Positions 1 to 12,800 of a stretch of 64,000 bases of DNA are shown here, one piece after another. The number at the start of each line of letters is the position of its first letter. Within the stretch, counting starts at the first letter, position 1. The stretch covers positions 48,484,001 to 48,548,000 of the forward strand of contig OX597829.1 of assembly GCA_951406725.2 (NCBI GenBank). The letters run 5' to 3'. The position numbers were made by a program, and so were the translations under genes. Origin of the DNA: Octopus vulgaris. Its lineage: Eukaryota. Below the pieces are notes generated by a model that searched no databases, had not been told where the DNA came from, and saw only the letters and a list, made by a program, of their open reading frames with translations.

Positions 1-415
1 CAATCTATGCTTGGCATATTATTGTATATATAACATAATGCAAACGTGTAGCTTTTTTGTGCATTTTGTTTGCAGAAAATAAAGAAATAACAGTAATAAC
101 ATTTAATAAATGTTGCTTACTGCAAGTTATGGATGATTCTTTTATGACTTCATTGCTTTCAGGCTTAGCTTAAGGTATTTTCGTGCCTGATATCACAAAA
201 TGTGTCTGAATAAACATTGCTGGACAGCAAATAGACTCGGACATTGCTTAGAAAATATTTTTCATTTTTAACCTTGTGTATAGTACACACTAGGGAATTT
301 GTCCTTTAAATTTTGGGCAAAAAATGCGGATCATACTCGAGGATTTACGGTATTCAAATTACTTTGTCAATTGTTATCCCTATTTATTCACATTGTTTAG
401 AATTATTTATTCTCA

Positions 416-828
416 TAGGCGTAGGAGTGGCTGTGTGGTAAGTAGCTTGCTTACCAACCACATGGTTCCGGGTTCATTCCCACTGCGTGGCACCTTGGGT
501 GAGTGTCTTCTGCTATAGCCTCGGGCCGACCAAAGCCTTGTGAGTGGATTTGGTAGACGGAAACTGAAAGAAGCCTGTCGTATATATATATATATATGCG
601 CGCATGTGTGTGTTTGTGTGTCTATGTTTGTCCCCCTAGCATTGCTTGACAACCGATGCTGGTGTGTTTATGTCCCCGTTACCTAGCAGTTCGGCAAAAG
701 AGACCGATAGAATAAGTACTGGGCTTACAAAAGAATAAGTCCCGGGGTCGAGTTGCTCGATTAAAGGCGGTGCTCCAGCATGGCCACAGTCAAATGACTG
801 AAACAAGTAAGAGTAAAGAGTAAGAGTA
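416..828 (+). mobile_element. tRNA-derived SINE, family A (internal TA/TG microsatellite, GAGTAA tail)
   Basis: tRNA-like head GGAGTGGCTGTGTGGTAAG...GGTTCATTCCC. Near-identical copies at about 3735-4082(-), 4325-4720(+), 14948-15650(+, interrupted), 20330-20735(+), 23625-24030(-), 25825-26215(-), 31298-31712(+), 44335-44742(-), 48505-48930(+), 58620-59025(+). Confidence 0.9.
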
Positions 829-926
829 TAGTTTTGAGATTTTGATAGTGTGGTTGTTTAAATAGATAATACAGTCCTAGAGACCTGATAAAAATGACAT
901 GGTGGTCATTTGTTGAATGCGTTTAA

Positions 927-1147
927 CCCTTTAGCATTTAAACCGGCCATATCCGGCCAAAAGTATTCTGCCTGTTTTATGTTCAAACTGGCCGGATCTG
1001 GTCTCTCACACCAACCCTACAATATCGTTTTAAAAATTAACAGCTACCTCATCAAAATCTCATAGCTACAAGATAATGCATGATTAGTTCAAGGCAATGT
1101 GGCTGAAAAAGCATAAATTTTGGTAGAATAATGCGAACACTAAAGGG
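927..1147. mobile_element. MITE with CCCTTT...AAAGGG termini and TTAA target site (piggyBac-like)
   Basis: ttaa|CCCTTTAG...CTAAAGGG|ttaa. Decayed relatives at about 6702-6926, 19253-19465 and 34588-34817. Confidence 0.75.
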
Positions 1148-1616
1148 TTAATCATAAAACTTCTTAATCAAGGCTAATTAAGGGCTAAAATAACTTCCAA
1201 CATTACCTGTAATTATGCCATCATTACTAACAACTTTCTAATATTCCTTTTTTTTTTTTTTTCTTCCCTAGACTAACTTGCCATGACATGTTAACAAGCC
1301 TCATTTTCATTTTCTGTTATTTTTCTCAAAATAAACTGTGTATTCACAGTTTTTGTGTTTGACATATTAATGTAATTGTAAAAATACAAATTGTAAGTAT
1401 TAACATTTAAAATTAACTTTCAATTAAGCTTAATGTATGTTTGTAAATAAGGGAACCGGTTGAGTGAAATAAAATATAATATGCCACAGACCTACAATAT
1501 TTTGCGTATGTGAGGATATGATAGACATTTTTACCTATCACCATCATCACCACCACTATTGCTATCATCATCATTGCTATCACATCACACCATCATTGTC
1601 ACCATCAAGAGCATCA

Positions 1617-1990
1617 GTGGAGGCGCAATGGTCCAGTGGTTAGGGCAGCGGACTTGTGGTCGGAGGATCGCGGTTTCGATTCCCAGACCGGGCATTGTGT
1701 GTTTATTGAACGAAAACATCTAAATCTCCACGATGCTCCGGCATGGGGGGGGGGGGGCGACCCCTGTTGTACTCTTTCACTCCAACTTTCTCTCGCGCTT
1801 TCCTCCTGTTTCTTGTCCCCGACTTCCTACGCAACCGCTGAGCTTGGATGCGCATTCATTCATCCATCCGTCGATGCTCTCGGTGTCGGGGAAGTTGACC
1901 TGCTTTCTCTTCTGCGGGTCTTACGAATAGCAAAGGACCACATTTCGGACTTCTCCCATCTTGCGAGCTCTGGGACAAAGTCTCCGTTCA
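1617..1990 (+). mobile_element. tRNA-derived SINE, family C head with a variant 3' part
   Basis: Head TGGAGGCGCAATGGTCCAGTGGTTAGGGCAGCGGAC...GGTTTCGATTCCC shared with the copy at 61665; sits in a (CAT/CAC)n microsatellite. Confidence 0.8.
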
Positions 1991-2133
1991 CTCAACAGCA
2001 ACAGCAACCATCAGCATCATTGTCATTATCACTATCACCACTACCATCACCATTACTGCCAACATCATCATCATCATCATCATGATCACTGCCACCACTG
2101 GCATTATCACTACCACTATCACAATCACTGCTG

Positions 2134-2413
2134 AGTTTATTTCATTTATATACTCATGCTATGTTTAAGGCTTTGTTGTTTTTATGTGGAGGTAATATTA
2201 TTCATCGTTATTGTGGTGCTCAGGATATTCGAGATATTAAGGGAGTTAGGTATAATTTACCTTTTACTAGAATTATTCTTAATATTTCGAATATGGCGTT
2301 ATGTGGGTTTCCGTTTTTAGCTGGATTTTATTCGAAAGATTTAATTATTGAAATTTTATTAAGTAGAGATATTAATATGTTGATTAGTATATTTGGATTA
2401 TTTGGGGTGTGTT
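2134..2413 (+). pseudogene. ND5: NUMT: internal fragment of mitochondrial NADH dehydrogenase subunit 5
   Basis: Translates as FHLYTHAMFKALLFLCGG..IH...QDIR...ALCGFPFLAGFYSKDLIIE, the hallmark ND5 motifs. T/G-rich mitochondrial composition with abrupt ends in nuclear repeat sequence. Confidence 0.95.
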
Positions 2414-2854
2414 GGCAAGGGTTTGATATAATAGAATGACATTTTAATTGCTAAAAATACAGTGAAATTCATGTTGCTGATGACTTGAAATAAATTGCTT
2501 TATGAAAAAACAAAAAACAAAAAGAAATTAAAAAAAAGCAAAAAGAATTGCAAAATCTTTTGTACTATGGTTTCATGTCTTGTTCCTGACAAAATGTCAT
2601 TTAAAGAATTACTCGTATCACAGCAAATATCTCACATCTAAGTTTTGTGATTGTATAAATCCCTTAACTCATTCCCACTCGTTGAACAGAAAATAGGGTC
2701 AGCAATTTTATATATATGTGTGTGTATGTATGTGTGTGTGTGTGCATATGTATCTGTGTATATATACATGCACACATACGTGTTAGGCACATTTGTATCT
2801 ATATATGTATTTGTGTGTGTGGGTTTCGTGTGTGTGTCCATATGTATCTGTGTT

Positions 2855-2901
<47 letters not shown>

Positions 2902-3046
2902 GCGAATATAAACAAAAAGGGTAATAATATAGATTACTACCAGTGGCTCAGCACAAAAGACGAATTAGTCATTAGACAAAATATTATTCATATAGAAAAA
3001 TATTATTTTTGTGTTCCCAGCACTTGGCATCCTTATTTAGGAGCCC

Positions 3047-3095
<49 letters not shown>

Positions 3096-4492
3096 TACGT
3101 GTTTGCACATTTGTATTTATGTATTTGTGTGTGTATATACATGTGTGTGTAGGTTTCGTGTGTGTGTATACACACACATGAAGCAATGCCAGGTCATCAG
3201 TGTCACTTGGGCTCATCACAGATTTTGCATAAAGACATATGCCTGCTTGAGGAATTTCACATTTTTCTGAAGTATTTCTACCTTATTTTTTATATCTAGA
3301 ATTATGTATGTAAAGATCAGTTGAGTTTTGCAGGGTTGCTATATCTTTATCCTTAACTTAAAAATGGAGAGACAGACGCACATAATGACAGCAGAGTGTA
3401 CAACAAATATCAGCAATTTAATACCCCATAAAGTAGTATCTCATTAATTTTCTCAAAAATAAAACTTTACAAAAATGTCTTCCTTTTGGAAGAATAAAAT
3501 TTTGAAAAAGTTTGGATTAGGCTCCACATCCCGACTTTGATTCTTCATAAGTTTAAAGTACAAACACTTTTAATTATGACAAAGTGAACACTTTTTACTT
3601 TGATGAGACCCTGGAGATGAAGAAGTGCCCATATTTCATTAAAAAAAAAAATTTTAAGAGAAATATGAGGAAACAAAGTCTTGAAATGGAGGAATGATCT
3701 GAAACTCATCTCTTTTTGTATTTCTTTATTCTTTTACTCTTTTACTTGTTTCAGTCATTTGACTGCGGCCATGCTGGAGCACCGCCTTTAATCGAGCAAC
3801 TCGACCCCAGGACTTATTCTTTTGTAAGCCCAGTACTTATTTTGCCAAACCGCTAAGTAACGGGGACATAACACAGACACACAAACACATACACGCACAT
3901 ATATATATATACATATATACGACGGGCTTCTTTCAGTTTCCGTCTACCAAATCCACTCACAAGGCTTTGGTCGGCCCAAGGCTATAGTAGAAGACACTTG
4001 CTCAAGGTGCCACGCAGTGGGACTGAACCCGGAACCATGTGGTTGGTAAACAAGCTACTTACCACACAGCCACTCATGCGCCTCCTTTGTTAACTTTATC
4101 AACATAATTGTATTTAATTTATACTGTTGAAAATACATTTCTGCCAAATTTCATTTGAAAATATGTGTTTAAAAGTTATGAAGAAACATTATCAGAGAGA
4201 ATGAGACACCAAACTGTAATTGTGCCTTATAGAAATGAATAAAGAGGAATTAATTAGCTGGCTGATTATTATTATTATTATTATAATTGTTTGAGAAATA
4301 TGATAAATTTATTCGTGACTTGACAGGAGTGGCTGTGTGGTAAGTAGCTTGCTTACCAACCACATGGTTCCGGGTTCAGTCCCACTGCGTGGCATCTTGG
4401 GCAAGTGTCTTCTCTGCTATAGCCCCAGGGCCGACCAATGCCTTGAGTGGATTTGGTAGACGGAAACTGAAAAGAAGCCTGTCGTATATATG

Positions 4493-4523
<31 letters not shown>

Positions 4524-5032
4524 TTGTGTGTCTGTGTTTGTCCCCTAGCATTTCTTGACAACTGATGCTGGTGTGTTTACGTCCCCGTCACCTAGCGGTT
4601 CGGCAAAAGAGACCGGTAGAATAAGTACTGGGCTTACAAAGAATAAGTCCCGGGGTCGATTTGCTCGACTTAAGGCGGTGCTCCAGCATGGCCGCAGTCA
4701 AATGACTGAAACAAGTAAGAGTATTGACATTCGTGAGTACCCCCACCCATCACCAACAACTTAATTTCCTCATAACTTTCAGAAAAATGCTTTTTTTTTT
4801 TTTTTTTTTTTAATAAAATGAAATAAAATATATTAGAATTTGTTGTGAAAATGTTTTGGGTTGAAGGCTCTAAGGTGGATGGTGAGTGCACAAATTTTAG
4901 AAAATTTATTCAAATTGGCTTTGTTTCCTCATAACTTTATTTAATAAAATTTTCTACAGGTATCTTTCAGATGATGTAGATTACAATTATTTTTGGAATT
5001 TAATATGGAAAAAATATTGATGTGTGCACTCA

Positions 5033-5250
5033 TGAGAGGATGTTGAAAAGTTCCTGGCTTTAAGGGTGTTGCAAAATGCCTGGTTGTAGGCCCAACCTTC
5101 TGCATTCTTTTACAGGGCTTAGAAAAACTGAAGGACTGCTGCAATAAGTGTATGAATCTGAGAGGGGAATATGTTGAATAAAATCATAATTAACTGATCC
5201 TCCTCTTATTTTCTTTTACCAAAAGCAAGAAACTTTTCAGAACCACCTCA
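5033..5250. mobile_element. mariner-type MITE
   Basis: Degenerate TIRs GAGAGGATGTTGAAAAGTT / AACTTTTCAGAACCACCTC followed by TA. A second copy at about 5269-6360 is interrupted by a Helitron. Confidence 0.65.
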
Positions 5251-5402
5251 TATAACACACACGGGCTGACGGATGGATGTGCTGAAAAGTTCCAACTAAG
5301 TTCCTGGTTTAGTTGGAAGCCCAACTTTCCAAATCCTTTTATAGGGCTTAGAAAAACTGAGGGACCTCTGCAATAAGAGAGTGTGAATCTGGGAGGGGAA
5401 TA

Positions 5403-6309
5403 TCTATATATATAAAAGTGAAGTTGTGTGAGTGTCTGTCTCCTACGATTTAGATTCCTAACTACTCCCACATTTTGCGATGCAGTTTAACCAAAACTAG
5501 GTATCTTATAGTCGTGATTCATATCGAGCCCTTCTGGGTATTAGCGTGCATCTACGATTTAAAAAATAATTTACCATAATTTTTTTCCATTTTAAAGCAT
5601 ATTTTTGGGGGTTCTTCCAATTTTTTCGTGTGTCGATGGCGGCGGAGTTGGTGTCCATGCTCACACCTGCACCTATGTTGCTTCTCCCCCTTCTTCCCTC
5701 CCTCGTGAAGCTGTGGGGAAGGGAGTGTAAGGAAATCAACATCGTAAAGCATTGTCAAGGAGACCAGCGTTCTTTTAGAACAACGACTTCATGGCTTGAA
5801 GTCGCCAAAACAGAAATCGCTAAAAAGGCTAAAACAGATCCACAAAAATGGCAAAAACTGCCACACAGGGCAGGTTTCCTGTGCAAACAATTTGCACAAC
5901 CGAATGTTTTAGTTGTACAAATCTTTATATATAAAAGTGAGGTTGTGTGTCTGTCTGTCTCCTACGATTTAGATTCCTAACTACTCCCACATTTTGCGGT
6001 GCAGTTTAACCAAAACCAGGTATCTTATAGTCGTGATTCATATCGAGCCCTTCTAGGTATTAGCGCGCGTCTACGATGAGTCTACGATTTAAAAAAAAAT
6101 TACCATTTTTTCCATTTTAATGCATTTTTTCGCTATTATATAAGGGAAGTAACTCTCTAAAAATGTCTACGATGAGTCAACGATTTAAAAAAAAAATTTA
6201 CCATAATTTTTTATTCCATTTTTAATGCATTGTTTTGCTATAACTCTCTAAAAATGCTTATATAGTTATTTCCCTTACAAACCCGAGCAACGCCGGGCGA
6301 TACTGCTAG
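5403..6309 (+). mobile_element. composite non-autonomous Helitron (two 5' ends, one 3' end)
   Basis: 5' TC at 5403 and again at 5922; 3' hairpin CCCGAGCAACGCCGGG then CTAG. Inserted between A and T with no TSD; the empty site GGGGAATA|TGTTGAATA is visible in the paralogous MITE at about 5164. Confidence 0.9.
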
Positions 6310-8559
6310 TGTTGAATATTTTCTTTTACCCAAAGCCACGATCTTTTCAGTTCCCCCTCGTACCTACCGAAACACAACATAATTTTTTCCAAAATTTTGG
6401 GTTTCACTTTGTAAATGCATATTTGTTGTGTTAGTATCTGTTTGTGAAAGCACACCAACTTTCTTTATGGCTCTACTTGTCACTAATAAGCTCAGCCCTT
6501 GATAATTGCACACTAACCAGCCCCCATTCACTACACCTGTGCAGCATTTTTGAGCTGCTTGTTTAAATTCTGCATGGAAAAATGCATTTTTTAATTTTAA
6601 TTTTTTTTAAATACCCACTTCTTTGCTATTATCAAATGTGTGGCATGAGGTTGTTTGATAACAGGAGGACTGAGGACTTGATGGCGATGCTGGGGTTGCA
6701 CTTAACCCTTCAGCACAAACCAGTAATATCTGGTTTAAATACTCTACCTTTTATTATGTTCAAACTGGCTATGTCTGGCCTCTCACACCTACCCTACAAT
6801 GTCGTTCTAAACATAAACAATTCCATCGTTGCAATATCAAAGCACTGAGATAATGCATGATTAATTAAAAACTGTGAGTAAAGAAGCATTACATTTGACA
6901 GAATAATCGGAATGCTAACGAGTTAATCAATCTGAAACGAGACTGTATCTTCTATTTTTTTTTTACTTGTTCCAGTCACTGTGCTGGAGACATGCTGTGA
7001 CACCCCTTGAAGGGTCCCGTCAAATACATCAATCACCACCATCATCATCATCATCATCATCCTAGTACTTATTGTTTAAAAGACTGGTACTTATTCTATT
7101 GCTCTCTTTTAACAAAGCACTAAGTTACAGGAATGTAAACAAACCAGCATTGGTTGTCAAGTGATGGTGGGGGTGACACAGACACACCAACATATACACA
7201 CAAACATACATACATACATACATATATATATATACATATGACGAGCTTTTAGTTTCCTTCTACCAAATCCAGTCACAAGGTTTTGGTCGACCCAAGGTAT
7301 CGTAGAAGACACTTACCCAAGGTGCCACGCAATGGGACTGAACCCAGAACCATGTTCTTGCACACCCCCACATTTGCACCTGCAACTGGAATGAGAACTA
7401 ATTAAAATTTAGTGTTCAGTAATCAAAGAAGTAGCTTTAATTAGAACAGATCATCATCGTTTAACGTCCGTTCTCCATGCTAGCATCAGTTGGACAGTTC
7501 GACCGGGGATCTGGGAAGCCAGAAGGCTGCACCAGGCTCCGGTCTGATAAATGGAGTTATCAAGAATTAGGTATTATACTAATAATTCTTTCTACTATTG
7601 GTTCTAGGCCAGTGCATACCATAAAGTGGTTGGAATTAGGATGGGCATCTTGTCATAGTGGAGGTGCATGATTTGATGGTTAGGGTGTTGGATTCATGAC
7701 CGTAAGGTTGTGGTTTCAATTCCTGGACCAGTTGATGCATTGTGCTTTTGAGCAAAACATTTCGTGAAGTGTTCCAGTCACGCTTAGCTAGCGAAAATGA
7801 ATAATCCCGTGACAAACTGGCATCCCATCTATGCACCACAAAAACTAGGAAACTGGTTCCCATATGACTCGGGAAGGATCTTTCTCCATCTTCCTCTCTT
7901 CATCCAGTCATGGAAACCATGTCAGAGCTGACATTGGAAATTCATGCGACTTTCGGCCTGCTAAATCTTGTCGAGCTGTTCCACCCATGCCAGCATGGAA
8001 GACAGACATTAAATGATGATAACAAATGATGTTGTTTCATCATACAAAAATTTTAAAGCTTTCAAATTTAAAATTCAAAGCATTTCAATACTATTTGATG
8101 TAAGAATTTTTTTCTTTTTTTTTTTTTCTTAACTTTATAAACACTAGCTTAATGGAAAAGCTAGATGCTTTGACTGAATCTCTCAAATTATTGATTATTT
8201 TCAAAATAAATTTAAGCCAAAAAAAAAAAAAGAAAAGACAATAGAGTTTATAATGTTATCACAAAACAGTTAATGTATTGAAATTTAATCACAATAGAAA
8301 TAATGTCTTGAAAATTAAATTTAAAAAAAAAAAAAAAAAAAAAAACTGATTCAGTATCAACAAGCTAGACTCGTTTGGTGGGGTGGGACTTTCTCATTGT
8401 GATATTCTCTAGCTTTTTATGAACGTTGGATTAAAAGACAAATGGCTCATTCTGCACCGAATTTACAATCTATGCTTTCACAGTACTTAACATCGTTATT
8501 TGTATAGAAATTTAAAAGCATCCGTTTTTATTGTCACTTCACATCACTGTAATTTCTAG

Positions 8560-8612
8560 AATATACACGAGATGACCACAAATGTCTTTATCCTTTGGAA
8601 TACATGAAAACC
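8560..8612 (+). CDS. candidate internal coding exon (YTRDDHKCLYPLEYMKT)
   Basis: Acceptor ...aatttctAG and donor GTATGA; open frame ending in phase 0, compatible with the exon at 15890. No homology recognised. Confidence 0.3.
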
Positions 8613-9514
8613 GTATGACTTTGTCTTTTAAGACCAGGATTTTATTAACAAAGCGTTGATTATCTTATTGAGTTTGTCATGCAATTGGAAAATCTCTGCC
8701 TTTGAATTATTCGTATTTAATAAGGAGAATGCTTTTCCTAGAGGCATTTTACCCTCAGTCATATTGTTGGAATTTATAGTTAGTTTTACTCTTTCCCTTC
8801 TTTCTGTCTCCTCATGAACTTACCTGGCCATGCTTCTTCTCTTTTATTCACCTTCCTGTAAATGAGAGTACCCTGACACATATTTACCACCATCCTCTTT
8901 TCCTACAGGGGCAACCTTGTATCTCCCCTACAGTAAGACCCCCTGTTCCTATCTCCTATCATACTTTGACCTCTCATTACTTGGCATAAAACCCACAATA
9001 CTACAAGCCTTTAAGTTCAGGGGTCTGATCTTAGGAGTTACTTGGTGATCTCACTAGTGTTAGTGCCATATAAAATCCACTCGGTACACTCTGAAATGGT
9101 TGGTGTCAGGAAGAGCATCCAGGTGTAGAAACCTTGCTGAGGCAAAACATTGGGACTTGGTGTAGTCCACTGTTTCATGAGTTCTTGTCACACTGTTCAA
9201 CCCATACCAGCATGGAAAACAGATGTTGATAATGATTATGATGATATATATATATATATAATCACCATCATCATCATCATTTAACTTATATTCTTCATGC
9301 TGGCATCTGTTGGACAGTTTGACCAGAGATGGAGAGCTGCACCAGGTTCCAGTCTGATTTGGCATGGTCTCGACAGCTGGATGCCCTTCCTAATGCCAAC
9401 CCCTTAACAGAATGTGCTGGGTGCTTTTCCGTTGTCCTGGTATGAGTACCTATTACGTGGAACTGGCACGAGTGCTTTCTGCATGGCACCACCCCAGGGC
9501 TCTTTCAAGCAATC

Positions 9515-9995
9515 ATCTTTGCCAGGGGACACAGGCCTTAGCACATCTGCTGTGGAGTAATGGGTCTTCTTAAGTAACAGCAAGGTACTAAGCATTTCGG
9601 GCTTTTGTCATCTCACCTGATAGGTTCAGTGTCCTGAAGTCATCCTTCAGTACTTTGTCCCATTTCTTCCTGGGACATCCCATATCTCCTTCCACATGTT
9701 CCATCTACTTTGAGAGTTTGACACTTCTTTATGAAGCTCTCAGTATTCATCCACATCGCATGACCAAACCAACACTTCTCTTTTGCATAATGCATATAAT
9801 TCCTCTTATGCCTGATTTCTCTCTCTCAAAACACTAGCACTGGCATGAACATGAAACTTACATTACACATATAGCAGAACATACTAGTCTCATTCCTCTC
9901 TGGACTTCACATGTCCTCAGCATTCAGGACCCATGTCTTACTACCTAGTAAAATTGCTGTCCCTATACATGCATCATATAATCTTCCTTTCACTA
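9515..9995 (-). mobile_element. RTE-clade LINE 3' fragment, decayed
   Basis: Reverse complement resembles the RTE 3' end at 62600-62870 (WFGH...GTCG...PRKKWD-like). Confidence 0.6.
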
Positions 9996-10024
9996 GGAGA
10001 GAGAAACCTTACATACATCCACAA

Positions 10025-10085
<61 letters not shown>

Positions 10086-10732
10086 CATTGGTACGTAGGT
10101 AATCGCTTTTATTTTGTATGTTTTCATTTGTCTTACTCATTTTTACATTTTGGCGTTTTGCTGAGATTTCTTTCTTGAGAACACATTCTTCGTGGCAATG
10201 GCGATTTGACGTCTATGTTTAGCATATAGGGTGTCCACTTTAGTGGTCATTCATCTTAATTTTGTATGTAACACAATTTTTAATCTTCGGATTTTTTTAA
10301 TATGCTGGGCCACTGGATTTAATTGATTACATCAATTTCTACCCTTATTATTTAATATATATATTTATATATATTTGAGGGGATTTGTTATAAAAAAATG
10401 GAGAAAAGATGTTGAAACAGAAATAGATTTATTATAAAACTGGATTCAATGTATATGTACGTTTCGAATAAAAATGTAAGAAAAAATTTTAATCATAGTG
10501 ATTATAATTGAAAATAAAAAATTAAAATTAAGAATATTTTTATTACCTGTTTTGGCTGATTTTCAGGAATATGATGAATCCTTATTAGAAATCACCTTTT
10601 CTCTCTTTTAGATCCCCCAAAAGTTTGAATTGTTCTTTTTGAACTTACTTTTTCTTATATATATATATAATTTCATAATAAGATTAAAAAAAACCAAGGC
10701 TGTGTAGATATTAGAACATTAATAGATAGAAG

Positions 10733-10780
10733 GTCTTACAGTTGTTTCCAGGATATTTATTATATCTCTTCATCAGAGAT
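10733..10780 (-). ncRNA. decayed type I hammerhead ribozyme motif in a Penelope-like remnant
   Basis: Minus strand reads TCT-CTGATGA-agaGATATaataaATATCctg-GAAAC-aact-GTA-AGA. Core intact, stems I and II weak. Confidence 0.55.
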
Positions 10781-11123
10781 GGTGTGAGAGGACGGTTAAG
10801 AAATAGTTAATTTAGATAAGATATGAAATAGAGAGTGAGGTGGAGGAAATAAAAGAAAATAGATGTGTGATATGTAGGGATGTTGTATTTGTAGATCCAT
10901 TTTTTTAGGCAGAATGGTATACATATAATATTCCAATACCTTATGAATAAAATCCAATAGTATTTAAAATTGGTCATTCCATGTATAGAGTCTATACATA
11001 GTGTTATTGGATCCAGGGTTGTGATCACTGAGTCTAGACAATTAAGTAGTAGAACATGTTATGCTGAGGAGGTCTAAATAAGACCAAAGTTTGTCATCTT
11101 CACCTATTAGTTCAACCATAAAA

Positions 11124-11527
11124 TCTTTATATATAAAAGTGAGGTTGTGTGCTGTCTGTCTCCTACGATTTAGATTCCTAACTACTCCCACATTTTGCGG
11201 TGCAGTGTAACCAAAAGCGGGTATCTTATAGTAGTGATTCATATCGAGCCCTTCTGGGTATTAGCGCGCGTCTACGATGAGTCTACAGTTTAAAAAAAAA
11301 TTTACCATCGTTTTTTTTTCCATTTTAATGCATTTTTTTGCTATTATATAAGGGAAGTAACTCTCTAAAAATGTCTACGATGAGTCAACGATTTTAAAAA
11401 AAATTTACCATCATTTTTTTTCCATTTTTAATGCATTTTTTTGCTATTTTTTGGCTATAACTCTCTAAAAATGCTTATATAGTTATTTCCCTTACAAGCC
11501 CGAGCAACGCCGGGTTGATACTGCTAT
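11124..11527 (+). mobile_element. non-autonomous Helitron, same family as 5922-6309
   Basis: 5' TCTTTATATATAAAAGTG; 3' hairpin CCCGAGCAACGCCGGG with a degenerate CTAG. Confidence 0.85.
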
Positions 11528-12519
11528 ATAACAAGAACATTCACCCTCTCTCTCTCTCTCATCTCAATGTAATCCCTTTTCTCTCTCTCTCTCCCCCTCC
11601 TTAAACAATTATAAGCAGCAGCAGTTTCCAGTCAAATAACCGTGTTTTATGTTTGCTAAAATTTTGATTAGTGGATATTACTGGAATTATCTCCCTTGCT
11701 TGTTGCTTTGAGACTTTAAGCACCCATCCTACTAATTGCATAATCTCGGTTAATTGCAGTATATCTGGGCTCACTGTATTACATGTGATAGCTTGCTAAA
11801 TTAAAAAGCAGATTGATTACTCTAATGACTGCCTATTTTATGTAATTTAAATGAAATCCTTATTTATAACCAAAAAAAATTAAAATGGAAGGAAACAAAT
11901 AAAACAATGTATGAAGATAGAAATATAAACTATTTTAGTCATCAAGGAAGCCAGCCTCCACATGGTCATTCAAACTGCTAGAAGGAGCAGTTAAATCTCC
12001 CTCAATTCATGGCCTACAACCTTTAAAGAAATAAAGTGGATACATTCGATAACATGGTGTTAGTTTCCCATTAACTCTTTAACTGACCATAAAAGGCCCA
12101 AATATTTTATGATTTTTATGTACAAACCAGCTAGATTTGATCTATCACACCTACCCTACAATATTATTCTAAAAATGCAACAATCACATTATTGAATTCA
12201 AATTTTAGCACAAAGCCAGCATCTGTGGGAGAGTAGATAATAACACAATTATATTGACCCCAGTGTTCTGGTACTTATTTTATAGATCCCGAAAAGATGA
12301 AAGGCAAAGTTGACTTCAGCAGAATTTGAACTCAGAACGTAAAGACAGATGAAATTCCTCTAAGCACTTTGCCAAGCATGCTAAGAATTCTGCCAGCTCG
12401 CTGCCTCATCACATTGGGTTCTTAAAGCTATGAGATAATGCTTAATTAATTTGAAGCAATGTGAATAAATAAGCTTTACATATGAAGGAAAGAATCTGAA
12501 TAAGAAAGGGTAAAGGGTG

Positions 12520-12800
12520 GGATGGGGACGCCTAGATTGAGTATGATCAAGGTATCCCAAAACTGTGACTGAAATGCTCCCATTCCATCCCTTAAAAAAA
12601 GGCAAGGGGACACTTAGACTGAGTATGATTGAGGTGTCCCAGAACTGATTGAAGTGTTCCCATTCCATCCCTTAAAAGGATGTCAAGGGAATACTTAGAT
12701 TGAGTATGATTGGTGTCCCAGAACTGAGACTGAGTTGTTCCCATCGCACCCTTTAAAAGGATGGCAAGGGGACACTTGGATTGAATGCGATTGAGGTTTA
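12520..12800. repeat. minisatellite, about 80-bp unit, 3.5 copies
   Basis: GGGACACTTAGATTGAGTATGATT...GTGTCCCAGAACTGA...CCATCCCTTAAAAGGATGGCAAG recurs at about 12525, 12608, 12687 and 12768. Confidence 0.85.

Noticed and set aside
2161-2439. Functional nuclear ND5 gene
   Set aside because: Only an internal 280-bp fragment with abrupt ends; treated as a NUMT.
2638-3270. ORFs rich in C/V/Y/I/H/T (also 12961-13317, 26437-26641, 55733-56023, 56566-56895)
   Set aside because: Translations of di-, tri- and tetranucleotide microsatellites.
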